Source of the DNA: a virus | Taxonomy: Duplodnaviria; Caudoviricetes | Strand: one strand, 5' to 3' | DNA length: 64,000 bases | Virus record (IMG/VR): IMGVR_UViG_3300012984_000010 | Shown here: one piece after another, positions 40,549 to 49,782 of the stretch | Layout of the letters: each line of letters starts with the position of its first letter | Numbering within the stretch: position 1 is the first letter of the stretch | The notes under the pieces: generated by a model | What the model saw: the letters and a program-made list of their open reading frames with translations, nothing else | What the model was told of the DNA's origin: nothing | Database searches by the model: none | Made by a program: the position numbers and the translations under genes

Positions 40549-41612
40549 ATGCGGTGGACCATTTGAAAGCTGCCTTCGACGATTCTTGTGTTCCACAGAT
40601 CGTGATAGGTTTAGACGGGGGGATCCTGACCGCTAATGAACCAGCGTGGGAATTACTGGGAGAAACCAAAGAAGGGTTGCTTCAGAAGCGGCACCACGAA
40701 TTGATATCAGGGGATCCTCTTCCCTTGGAGGAATTGTTACAGAAGTTCGACAGCGACAACTATTTGCAGAACTGGCAACACGAATTTCAATATTTGCGTA
40801 AAGACAACCCAATGGTTTGGGTTCGTGTCAGTATATCTGCAATCCGTCAGAACGGAAAGGCGGCTGCTCTATTGGCCCAACTACAAGATATAACGGATCA
40901 AAAACAGATTGAAGTAGACCTGCATCGAAATAGCGACGACCTGGATCAGTTCGCCTATATCGCAAGTCATGACTTGAGGGAACCTTTGACCGTCATGGCA
41001 GGTTACGCCACCCTTCTGAAGAAGCGTTGCTATGAGTCTTTGGATGAGAAGGGTAAACATTTCCTTGAAGAAGTGATTGACAGTACGGTGCGAATGGAAC
41101 GCAAGATCGACGACCTGTTGGCTTTCTCAAGGGCTGGCCGAACGACTCCAAAAGCCGTCTTCCAGTTGGAAACAGCGATCGAGGAAGCAAGGCGCTCAGT
41201 GGGCCGAAGTATTGAGGAGTCGGGGGCCGTCTTCATCATCCCAGAGGGGTTACCGTTCGTAAGCGGTGACCGCAGCATGATCGCTCAGGTGTTTCAGAAC
41301 CTGTTCTCCAATTCAATCAAGTACAGGAATCCGGATAGCCCCCCAATCATCACAGTAGCAGTCACGCCTCATGACGACATTTTCCTCCGAGTGTCGGTGT
41401 CCGACAACGGTTTGGGGTTTGATATGGAACACAAAGATCGTATCTTCGGAGTGTTCCAGAGGCTCTACACGGAAGAGCAGTACCCAGGAACCGGTATCGG
41501 GCTAGCGATCGTCAAACGAATTGTAGAGCGGCACCGAGGCGCCATCTGGACCACCTCTGAGCCCAATCATGGAGCCACGTTCTTCTTTACCATACCTAGG
41601 GCCGATGCCTGA
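40545..41612 (+). CDS. PAS sensor histidine kinase (Cph1/BphP-type kinase core)
   Basis: PAS-like N-term, FAYIASHDLREPL, QVFQNLFSNSIKY, DNGLGF, GTGIGLAIVK. Confidence 0.95.
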   Translation: MNAVDHLKAAFDDSCVPQIVIGLDGGILTANEPAWELLGETKEGLLQKRHHELISGDPLPLEELLQKFDSDNYLQNWQHEFQYLRKDNPMVWVRVSISAIRQNGKAAALLAQLQDITDQKQIEVDLHRNSDDLDQFAYIASHDLREPLTVMAGYATLLKKRCYESLDEKGKHFLEEVIDSTVRMERKIDDLLAFSRAGRTTPKAVFQLETAIEEARRSVGRSIEESGAVFIIPEGLPFVSGDRSMIAQVFQNLFSNSIKYRNPDSPPIITVAVTPHDDIFLRVSVSDNGLGFDMEHKDRIFGVFQRLYTEEQYPGTGIGLAIVKRIVERHRGAIWTTSEPNHGATFFFTIPRADA

Positions 41613-42024
41613 ATTTCATATTTTGATCATAGAAGATAGTCCTCAGGATATCGAACTTCTGATGGAAGCGGTCGAAATCGTATCGGACCGTATCGTGGTC
41701 GAATCCGCTTCTAGTGGAGATGCGGGGCTACAGCTGCTGTATCAGGCTGAGAATCAACCCAGTCTGATCCTGTTGGACCTGAACCTCCCCAAGAAGAGTG
41801 GTTTGGAGGTGCTGAGAGAGATCAAACGGGACCCTACCCTGAAGACCATCCCCGTCATCATCCTCACCAACTCGATGTCCCAAGACGATGTGGTGTCGGC
41901 CTATGCCAGCCACTGCAACGCCTACGTGCGCAAAGGATTGGGGATTGACTTCCTAACCCAACTGATAACCAGCTTGGAACAATTCTGGTTCCAACTAGCA
42001 TCCCTCCCCAAGTTGGCCGACTGA
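41605..42024 (+). CDS. Single-domain response regulator (Rcp1-like)
   Basis: ILIIEDS..D, LILLDLNLPKKSG.EVL, IILTNS, NAYV.K. Confidence 0.92.
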   Translation: MPEFHILIIEDSPQDIELLMEAVEIVSDRIVVESASSGDAGLQLLYQAENQPSLILLDLNLPKKSGLEVLREIKRDPTLKTIPVIILTNSMSQDDVVSAYASHCNAYVRKGLGIDFLTQLITSLEQFWFQLASLPKLAD

Positions 42025-42050
42025 TCTGACCTGTTTCATGCTACAATGGC

Positions 42051-42527
42051 ATGAAGATGTGGAATCAAATAGTAGATCACACCTGTAGGTGGTTGTGCCG
42101 CACTTTCCCAAGCCGTACTAGAGTGGTGCCAAGGGCAGACAGTCCTGAAATAGGCATGCTGACTCAGTTCAAGCTCGTTCCAAAAATACTCTATTTGCAG
42201 CATTTTGAGGAGCCTGAATCCAAGGACTACTTCCACCGTCATCGATGGCACTACATGAGGTCCTGGGTCTTATCAGGACACTACGTAGAAGAGCGTCCTG
42301 GGATGTTGATCACCCGCCGAGCCGGCACCACCTACTCGATGAACCACCAAACGGTCCATCGAGTCGATAGTTGGAGCAAGGACTGCTGGACCTTATTCCT
42401 GATGCTCAAGCCTGACGACGACTGGGGCTACTACGAGCGCTCTGGAACCCGTTTAGGAAAGTTCACCCACTGGCGTCAATTCCTCAAGGCTAGGGTGCCT
42501 AGCCTTGAGACAGGGAAAATAACCTGA
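42051..42527 (+). CDS. Cupin-fold protein
   Basis: HRHRW....S.VLSG.Y.E ... H.V. Confidence 0.6.
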   Translation: MKMWNQIVDHTCRWLCRTFPSRTRVVPRADSPEIGMLTQFKLVPKILYLQHFEEPESKDYFHRHRWHYMRSWVLSGHYVEERPGMLITRRAGTTYSMNHQTVHRVDSWSKDCWTLFLMLKPDDDWGYYERSGTRLGKFTHWRQFLKARVPSLETGKIT

Positions 42528-42531
42528 CGGT

Positions 42532-42930
42532 CTACCGAACCTTACTTCTAGCGTAAGCCAGGGCGTCAGCCCACCCATCAGCAGTGCCTGGGAATCTTGC
42601 AGCAGGGCTAGGGGCATGGTGCTTAGTGACCTTCAGCTTAGGGTCTCTGAAGTGGGGATCGATGTTTCGCCAATGGATGACTTGTAGTTCAGTCACATTG
42701 AGGAACACCATGACTTTCAGCCCTTCGTAGGCACAACTGCGACAGTTTGGGTATTTGACCTTTAGGACCAGATGCTGTCCAACCCTCTCGGCTTCTTCAA
42801 TCGAGTAATTCGAGGCGTCAGGAGTGACGGGAGTAGGGGCACGATATGGCTCAACATACCTGGGATGAGAGCTACAACTAGTATCGTCAGCGCTGTGTCG
42901 ACAGACCATGATGTTACTCACGTACACCAA
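42532..42930 (-). CDS. Hypothetical protein
   Basis: ORF with YPNC..C..EG.K, DPHF. Confidence 0.55.
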   Translation of the reverse strand: MVYVSNIMVCRHSADDTSCSSHPRYVEPYRAPTPVTPDASNYSIEEAERVGQHLVLKVKYPNCRSCAYEGLKVMVFLNVTELQVIHWRNIDPHFRDPKLKVTKHHAPSPAARFPGTADGWADALAYARSKVR

Positions 42931-43012
42931 AAACGAGCTGTCTCCTTGGCATCGGAGACTTATTCGGCCTACTCTAGCCGGTGCTTGCGCACTACCTGGA
43001 CGCCAGCCAGGT

Positions 43013-43086
43013 TGGAGCGAGTAGCGGGGATCGAACCCGCCTAATTGCGTTGGGAACGCAGTGCCTGACCACTAGGCTATACTCGC
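43013..43086 (-). tRNA. tRNA-Gly(CCC)
   Basis: GCGAGTA/TACTCGC, U73, CCA, loop TTCCCAA. Confidence 0.9.
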
Positions 43087-43298
43087 AAAACTTTCAGAAT
43101 CATCAGGTCAACCAACGGACCTTGTGGAGTGCATCGACGACGGTATGTCCCTGGTTGAGAGGTCTCCAGACTCACTTCCTGACTATCTGAAAGCCGGCCC
43201 TGGGAGCTTACTCCAGAGCCTTCGAGGCCCCTTCATTGGGGGTTGCTCGTAGGGTGGGTGGCAGGACTCGAACCCGCGAAACCTTTACCCACATTGTG

Positions 43299-43952
43299 TT
43301 AGTAGGCCCAGACAATCTCGACGTCATCCATGACAGACGCTATCGAGCTAGATGTACGGTTGAGACCTACTCTAACGATCATGGCGTCCTGACAGGCTGT
43401 AGTGCTGGTAATTGTAACCTGCTGCCATTGGCCCGTAGAAGATGCTGGGAAGTTGAAGTCCGACACAGCAAGATAGAAGTAGTCGGGAGACAGCAATTGG
43501 AACGATCCATTGGCCCCGTTACGAGCGGAAGGTTTGACCCAGATGGAGGCCGAGCAGAAACGCAATGGCGTTGAATCTGTCGGCTTTGGAACGGTGCAAC
43601 CGGCCTTCATGGTCTTGGATTTGACCAGATCGTTCCTAGTGATGTACCGGTCCGCCACCAAGTAGCTGTCATTCGGCTCAGTGGTAGAAAAAGACATGAG
43701 GGCCGCCCCAGTTCCAGAATGAGCTGTCCCTGTACTGACAGTTTTGATCTCCGCCACTCCTGTGTTGCTGTTCCCCCATGTCCACCAATCCTCTGCAGTG
43801 TTGGATTCGAAGCCATCTTGCGACGTGTACTTCCAACACCATGCAAAAGGGTTAGGAGTTGTGGCTGCTTGGACTGGAGAGCAAGAGAACAAGGAGGCAA
43901 GGAGAGCGACAAGAAGGCTGAGCGAAATCAGGGAACGAAATAGCTTGGGCAT
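43299..43952 (-). CDS. Secreted/lipoprotein with carbohydrate-binding-module-like beta sandwich
   Basis: Signal peptide with LFSC; GFES..W..W, AHSG, SIWVK, WQQVTIT, DDV. Confidence 0.65.
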   Translation of the reverse strand: MPKLFRSLISLSLLVALLASLFSCSPVQAATTPNPFAWCWKYTSQDGFESNTAEDWWTWGNSNTGVAEIKTVSTGTAHSGTGAALMSFSTTEPNDSYLVADRYITRNDLVKSKTMKAGCTVPKPTDSTPLRFCSASIWVKPSARNGANGSFQLLSPDYFYLAVSDFNFPASSTGQWQQVTITSTTACQDAMIVRVGLNRTSSSIASVMDDVEIVWAY

Positions 43953-43998
43953 AGGGTCTCCTGTTTTGAGTCGAGCGAGCGGGGATCGAACCCACTCG

Positions 43999-44072
43999 TG
44001 GAGCCCCCAGTCAGAATCGAACTGACCTATCCGTCTTACAAGGGCGGTGCATCACCACAATGCTTTGGGGGC
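43999..44072 (-). tRNA. tRNA-Thr(TGT)
   Basis: GCCCCCA/TGGGGGC, loop CTTGTAA, CCA. Confidence 0.92.
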
Positions 44073-44098
44073 GTTAGTATGTCTGACCGTTACGGTAT

Positions 44099-46652
44099 CT
44101 AGGACACGAATTGATTGAACGTTCCGATCAACGGTTCCAACGGCTTGTGAAACTCATATTCCTTACAGGAACCGTATCGAAAGATACTGAGCTGTCTAGG
44201 TTCTCCCGTGTGCTTGAGGTGATCGTACTGATGCTTCTGGCACGTCCCCCAATCGTTCTGAGGGAACAGCCCGTGAACACACAGACCGCAAGCGGGACGA
44301 ATCTCGTAAGAGAGGTCCTGCAGCACTTTGAGCTTATTGGCGTCCATTGTCTATACCCAGATAGGTGTGGAGAGCGCCCAAAACTGAGGCCCTCAGGGCT
44401 TCCCTAGAATGAGTTTCAAGAGTTTCTGGCCCACCGTAACTAACCCAACCTAGAGACGAAATACAGTAAGCTAGTCTACGCTGCACAACACCCTGACCGA
44501 CAGGTTCGAAGCGAATCGAAACTCTACTCTTAGGTCCTGTGATTAACAGTACAGGCTCTCCCCCAGTAATAGTTTGGGCCAAATCAAGACCATAAAACAG
44601 ATCTCGATGCTGTTGGATACACTCAGTCAACTCGGGAGCCAATTCATCGAGCCAGGTACGGAGATCCTGGATCCTGGATACGGCTTCCTCCTCAGCTTTC
44701 TTGAGGAGATTTGCTTTACGCAGCTTCTCCTCAAGCTCTTGCTGTAAGGTCGCCACTAGGTCACTGGTATTGACGAGAGCCATACCCCCTCTACACCGGA
44801 ATCACGTAACCCTCTTCCTCGGCCTTATGATCGGCCGTCTCCTTGTCTTCTTCAGACAGGGCGTAGACGACTTCGTTACCTTCGTCGTCAGGGCGGAAGT
44901 ACCAGGTGCCTCCCAAGCCTGAACTAGGAGGGTAGGTGGCACATTCGCAGTTGTAGGTATGTCGGTGTTTTTCCCAGGGGCCAAGAGTTCTGTTGGGCAC
45001 TACTTAGGAAGGTCAATAACTCAATTAGGAGCCGCAGCAGCCCCCATCACGACGGGTGTCCCAGAGGTCCAATCTGCCTCTGTATTACATGCACGGACCG
45101 AACAAATCTTCACCACCATCCCAGCCATCCGCTGTTCATATGTGCGATTGTCCCCCATTTCCTTACCACAACGGGGGCACGGAAAATCGGGTGGAACTAC
45201 CTCGGTGGAGAGGCCGGCTTCAACATAATCAGTGGCTGAGGTGTTGTCTTTCATGGGATCCCAATACATGAGTCCATAATAGGATTCACAGGCCTGGGAT
45301 GGTGACTTGCCGGGGTTTTGGAGGAGCAGGTGGTTCGGGCGTACGGGCTATCCCATATTCCAGCTCGCCAGCCCTGAGCTCTTGAAGCAACTGTTTGCGA
45401 CCAACCGCATTAGCCAATAGCTCGGCGATCCGCACCCCTTCCTTGGTACCCCTCGCCCTAGCAGAGCTTTTGGCAACCTTGGTAGAGATGGTCCATTCGA
45501 TCGACGTATGTTCCAGGTGAGCAGTACAGTATCCCATCACCGAACCATTGACCGAATTCAGGGAAATGAGTGTCTCCTTGGGGCGTAGGCTGTACTGCCT
45601 GACCGTCTCCAACATCTCAAAAATATCGTCGAATTCCACCATCGCCTCAGACGTCATCGAGCAAATGTTCCCATGCAGAGCGGGGGGTTCCTGGCTCCAA
45701 ATCTTTAGGAATGGCGTTCAGAGCGTCCACCAATTTGGTGCGATCTGAAATCCTAGTGAAGCAGTTCTTGATGCCTTTGATCTTCAGGTAAGTCTTGGGC
45801 CAATCGACGTGCTTCAAATGGGCTTGTTCATAGCAAAACAGGGTGAATGTCTTCGACACCCCCATACTGAAGATCAGATTCTTGGCGTCATTGGACACCA
45901 CGACAATCCAGCCTGTTTTCCGTCGAAGGCGTTGAATGTCCTCCAACATGGCGAACAGATTGATGTATTGGTAAGTCTTACCCAACACCTCTTCCGGAAC
46001 GATGTTCTCTGGCAGCTCTTCTTCCACCCGCTACCTTACACCGGCATCTCGACGCTGCTCCGCCTCAGAAAGACGTGCCTTACGTTCTTGCCAAGTTTGG
46101 CTAGCTAGCCGATCTTTGCGGTAATTGGCCTTATGCGGTTTGCACATCAAACAGCCTGCCCTAGATGTCTTCGGTTTCCTACGCTTATGATGCATGAGAT
46201 CTCCCTGGCCGGCGTCACCGGCACGGTTGTGATCTCAGGGGCGTAGAGACGTTTGGACATTGGTCAGAGAAGGTGATCGGTAACGTCGACCGATTCCACC
46301 TGGTCGGTCAACAGCAAGTAGGCTTGCTTGGCAAGCTCCTCCACTGTCGTTCCCTCGGGAACGTCTCCAACACAGAACTTCACATCAACAAGTCCGTGGT
46401 TGGCTACCTGGTCTTGTTCCCAAGCTTTCAGCTTGTTGGTGTATTCGGTGGACATCGATAAGCTGCTCCGATAGGATGATTTTCAATCTCCTCACCCAAT
46501 GCCTGATACCTGCAATTCTCGCAGGGCAACGGGTCGGAGGTCAACAGTTGTTCGCCCTCAGCAGGCTGACCGCAACGGCTGCATTTCTTGGGCTGGAAGA
46601 AGTCCTTGAACAGGTCAGGATTGTCCAGCAGGTCTTTTAGAGTGTAGGCCAT
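44099..46652 (-). other. Cluster of small hypothetical ORFs (44099-44347, 44334-44783, 44791-45000, 45021-45269, 45286-45657, 45647-46027, 46031-46195, 46264-46455, 46428-46652)
   Basis: Packed minus-strand ORFs, several Cys-rich; 46031-46195 (MHHKRRKPK..CLMCKPHK, 54 aa) translated by hand. Confidence 0.5.
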
Positions 46653-46714
46653 CGTATCGTCTACACCAAGAGGAAAAGGATTAAGGGCACCCGAGGCGGA
46701 AAGCAGATTGTTGA

Positions 46715-46787
46715 TGCAAGATACAGGAATCGAACCTGTTACTTTCGGTTTTTAGGACCAACGCTCTACCAAGTGAGCTAATTTTGC
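46715..46787 (-). tRNA. Atypical tRNA, anticodon TAA on a short-variable-arm body
   Basis: Canonical D arm AGCTCACTTGGTAGAGC and T arm; loop CCTAAAA with C33. Confidence 0.6.
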
Positions 46788-46814
46788 GTGTATGCTTTCC
46801 AGGGTGGGTACCCT

Positions 46815-46942
46815 TGGCGCCGCTTCCAGGAGTCGAACCTGGCGAAGCTTGTAAGCTCTACTTTGGAACCCCTTTCAGGGTCGAGATAGAGAGCGGGGGA
46901 TTGGTTTCCTTAACAGGGAAATTGGACCCACGTCCAAGCGGC
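46815..46942 (-). ncRNA. tRNA-mimic RNA A (Asn GTT-like arm, ~60-nt structured variable domain)
   Basis: GCCGCTT/AAGCGGC acceptor + G + CCA, GGAC/GTCC D-like arm, TTTCC-CTGTTAA-GGAAA, T arm CCAGG-TTCGACT-CCTGG. Confidence 0.7.
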
Positions 46943-47091
46943 ATATTCAGTTACAATCGAGTGCGTCAACCAGTTTTGCTGTTTTTCTTGATAGGAAAAT
47001 GTCCTGCCACTAGACGATATTCCCCGAAGGGAGTAACGGGAATCGAACCCGTGCATTGCGTGTATGGTTGATGCTGGTGACTGTAACCTAG

Positions 47092-47220
47092 TGGGGGATC
47101 TGGGAATCGAACCCAGGCTTGTATGACCTGCCTAGTGTCCCATTGCTGGGACGAGGAGCAGAGCGGTGTTTTTTCCAAAACCAAAATTTGGATGAGGGAA
47201 CCTACCCTCTGTGATCCCCC
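47092..47220 (-). ncRNA. tRNA-mimic RNA B (paralogue of A)
   Basis: GGGGGAT/ATCCCCC acceptor, GAGGG/CCCTC, TCCAAA/TTTGGA, expanded variable domain, T arm CTGGG-TTCGATT-CCCAG. Confidence 0.68.
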
Positions 47221-47277
47221 GAAAGGATCGTGACAATGTGTATGTACACCGAGAAGGCGTGAGCCGTCAAGCGAAAA

Positions 47278-47853
47278 TCAGACGGCGAACACTCCCTGTG
47301 GGTTGATTTGGTAACCCGTCTGCTTCCCATTGCTGAGAAACAGTCGTGCCGAGTGGGCCAAGAAGCTGGCCGTGATGCTGATGAAGGGAAGGTGTTCTCC
47401 ATCTTCACACGTGGCCGCCCCACCAGCCCCCTCATCATCGATTTCGAAGCCGGCGTCCCAAACGACTCGGCCGAAGCCGCCATTGGCCGCCAGGGCCCCA
47501 TGCAGGCATGGAGTTTTGGTCTTGCGAGCGAAGGCTTGCACGATCCGCCTCGCCTGACCGTTGTCCAGGCAATCGATGATCAGGTCCGATCGGCCCAGCA
47601 ACTGAGTATCGTTTTCCGATGTCAGCTTGTGGGGGATCGTCTCAATCTTGGTGCCAAAGAGGAAATTCATCGTCTGTTGGATCGATTGGGTCTTACTCTT
47701 GCCCACATGCGTCTTCGAGTGGAACTGCGAACTGACGTTCTTTTGCTCCACCCGATCGTAGTCGATGATGCGAAGCGTCGCCTCGACGTTTCGAAGCAAC
47801 ATGACAACGTGGGAACCCAGGGCTCCCACACCCACGATGGTGACGATCTTCAT
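47278..47853 (-). CDS. ThiF/E1-like ubiquitin-activating (adenylation) enzyme
   Basis: IVGVGALGSH, IIDYDRVEQKN...Q, GK.K, DLIIDCLDN, single Cys in TCEDG. Confidence 0.9.
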   Translation of the reverse strand: MKIVTIVGVGALGSHVVMLLRNVEATLRIIDYDRVEQKNVSSQFHSKTHVGKSKTQSIQQTMNFLFGTKIETIPHKLTSENDTQLLGRSDLIIDCLDNGQARRIVQAFARKTKTPCLHGALAANGGFGRVVWDAGFEIDDEGAGGAATCEDGEHLPFISITASFLAHSARLFLSNGKQTGYQINPQGVFAV

Positions 47854-47879
47854 GTTGTCTCTATACGGTTTTAGTGCGG

Positions 47880-48080
47880 TCAGGTTAAGGGTGTTTGAGC
47901 ACAAGCGTAGTACTGTTCTTCAGCTTCTCTCAACTTAACCTTGAGCCATCGGTCTTTACGGATCCATGTCAGATCCTGGGAAATCTCTCCCCTGGATTCA
48001 TGAAAAGACACCTGACGACGGAGACGTGCAATGCGTTGATCAAGCAACACTAATGCACGCTCCTGTTCATCAAACGTCAA
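47880..48080 (-). CDS. Small helical protein
   Basis: 66 aa ORF between the Ubl and E1 genes. Confidence 0.4.
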   Translation of the reverse strand: MTFDEQERALVLLDQRIARLRRQVSFHESRGEISQDLTWIRKDRWLKVKLREAEEQYYACAQTPLT

Positions 48081-48081
48081 T

Positions 48082-48339
48082 TCAGGCTCCGAACGGAACC
48101 TTTGGACGCAGCATGAGACGGTTGTACGGGATGTCGTCAGTGGCCGGATAGCGGTCCACTACGAAATCGGTGAAGTTGGCGGTCGGATCAGCCGTGATAC
48201 CTGGGATGCCAGAATGCACTGCCTCAGTGGCCCACGTCTGAATGGACGCAAGACCTGCGTCATAGTTGACCGGATCCGGCAACTCGCCCAGCTGGGCATT
48301 GTACGAGATGATCAGTTTCGCTTGGTTAGTTTCCATCAT
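48082..48339 (-). CDS. Putative ubiquitin-like (beta-grasp) protein ending ..LRPKVPFGA
   Basis: 85 aa; beta-beta-alpha-beta-beta-like pattern; near-terminal Gly; between the JAB and E1 genes. Confidence 0.65.
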   Translation of the reverse strand: MMETNQAKLIISYNAQLGELPDPVNYDAGLASIQTWATEAVHSGIPGITADPTANFTDFVVDRYPATDDIPYNRLMLRPKVPFGA

Positions 48340-48351
48340 AATCTCCGTTAT

Positions 48352-48780
48352 TTAGAGTCCTTGCTGACTCTCGATGGAGACAGCAATCAAGTTTGAAAGT
48401 TCGCGTAGCTTGATGAGCCAATCGGGAATCTCCCAATCTTCCTCACCATCTTCGAATTGACCGCCATGAGCGTAGTCGTACAAGCCTGGGCCTTTCCAGG
48501 TAAAGAACGCCACATGGTCTGATGAGGTGATGGGCCACACCAATCGGCGACCCAACCCTCTCTCAACGGCCGAAAAAGTAGTCAGATCTTCGTGAGAAGG
48601 GGCGACTGGTCCTGATCCAGGATGACTGTGGGCAAAACCATATAGGTTTTGATGGTTGTTCAGCAACACCTCCCACAAGTCTCTGCTGTCAGGCAGATAA
48701 CCAACCGACCGTCCAGGAGGTAGGTGCCAGTAAATAACACTCTCATCCTTCGCCAACACCACTCCTGTTTCAATCGACAT
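48352..48780 (-). CDS. JAB/MPN+ metallopeptidase (deubiquitinase-like)
   Basis: N-terminal E (SIETG), HSHP......PSHED motif. Confidence 0.88.
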   Translation of the reverse strand: MSIETGVVLAKDESVIYWHLPPGRSVGYLPDSRDLWEVLLNNHQNLYGFAHSHPGSGPVAPSHEDLTTFSAVERGLGRRLVWPITSSDHVAFFTWKGPGLYDYAHGGQFEDGEEDWEIPDWLIKLRELSNLIAVSIESQQGL

Positions 48781-49729
48781 GTCTAAAAACCACCAGTTTC
48801 CTTTCACGCTGTGCTTCCCGAATTACACCAGGGAGAGTCTCCAGCGTGAGCCAAGTATCTCCTTTGGTGCCTTCTTCAAAGGCTTCGTCATCGTAATGGG
48901 CCGTCAAACAGATACCGGCGTCAATGATCTGCAGTGTATGTTGGTGGCACACACATTCAAAACGCTGACCATCTAGTCTGAATCGAATCACCATCTCGTT
49001 CCGGTGAGGTGCTTGACGAGTGTCAAGAAGCTGGGCGCCGCCTACCGACAGGGCTGCCCGAGCGGCCTGTTGGAAGTCTACTCGTGCCATCGCCCTACGG
49101 CCGGCACTATCGCCAAGTTGCTCAACAAGACGGCGGCGGTTTTCCTCGCGCTGCCGTGCCTCTTCAGCCTCCTGTCTGACACGTTCGGCTTCTACCCGCC
49201 TTCTTTCCGCTTCAACCCTCTGCAGGGTCTCCATCCGGAAAGCGGCATCTAGGGCCGGTGTGACGCCAAGAATGTGGTCCAAGGAGTCTTTCTCATCCAG
49301 GAAGGCATCAAGAACCTGTTGTTCAGGTCCCAGCGGCATTTCCTGGTTCATGAAAATCAGTGGTCCGTCATCAAAGACTCGGCCCACTGCAATCCGTGAA
49401 AATCGATCGACACCTGCTTCGATCAAGAACACTTCTGGGTGTTGTGCCGCGATATCCCGTAGGTTGATCGCCCTGACCAGATTGTCCGCAACGAATCTAT
49501 TTCCCACAAGATAACCGCATTCCTTGTGGAGCAGCATCTCAGGGTCTGGGTCAGACTCAGACCTGAGGGTCAATTTCTGACCCTTAGCGTTGAAAACATA
49601 CCAACCATGTTCCTGGGGAGTCTTGCCTTCGAGGCGGTATTCAGTGTAATCCGCGCCCAAAAGGGTGCGGCCACCTGTCCAAGGGAATACCTTGGATTGT
49701 TCTACCTCAAGCAAGTCTCTCCAGGACAT
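48770..49729 (-). CDS. Protein with a candidate E2/UBC-like C-terminal domain
   Basis: IIDAGICL (cf. E2 G.ICL catalytic Cys) followed by W.TLETLPGVIREA; central coiled coil. Confidence 0.5.
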   Translation of the reverse strand: MSWRDLLEVEQSKVFPWTGGRTLLGADYTEYRLEGKTPQEHGWYVFNAKGQKLTLRSESDPDPEMLLHKECGYLVGNRFVADNLVRAINLRDIAAQHPEVFLIEAGVDRFSRIAVGRVFDDGPLIFMNQEMPLGPEQQVLDAFLDEKDSLDHILGVTPALDAAFRMETLQRVEAERRRVEAERVRQEAEEARQREENRRRLVEQLGDSAGRRAMARVDFQQAARAALSVGGAQLLDTRQAPHRNEMVIRFRLDGQRFECVCHQHTLQIIDAGICLTAHYDDEAFEEGTKGDTWLTLETLPGVIREAQRERKLVVFRHVD

Positions 49730-49782
49730 GATACTATCTAACGGTCACCTGGAGGAGAGGTTTAGTCTCCTCCAGGCTCTTT

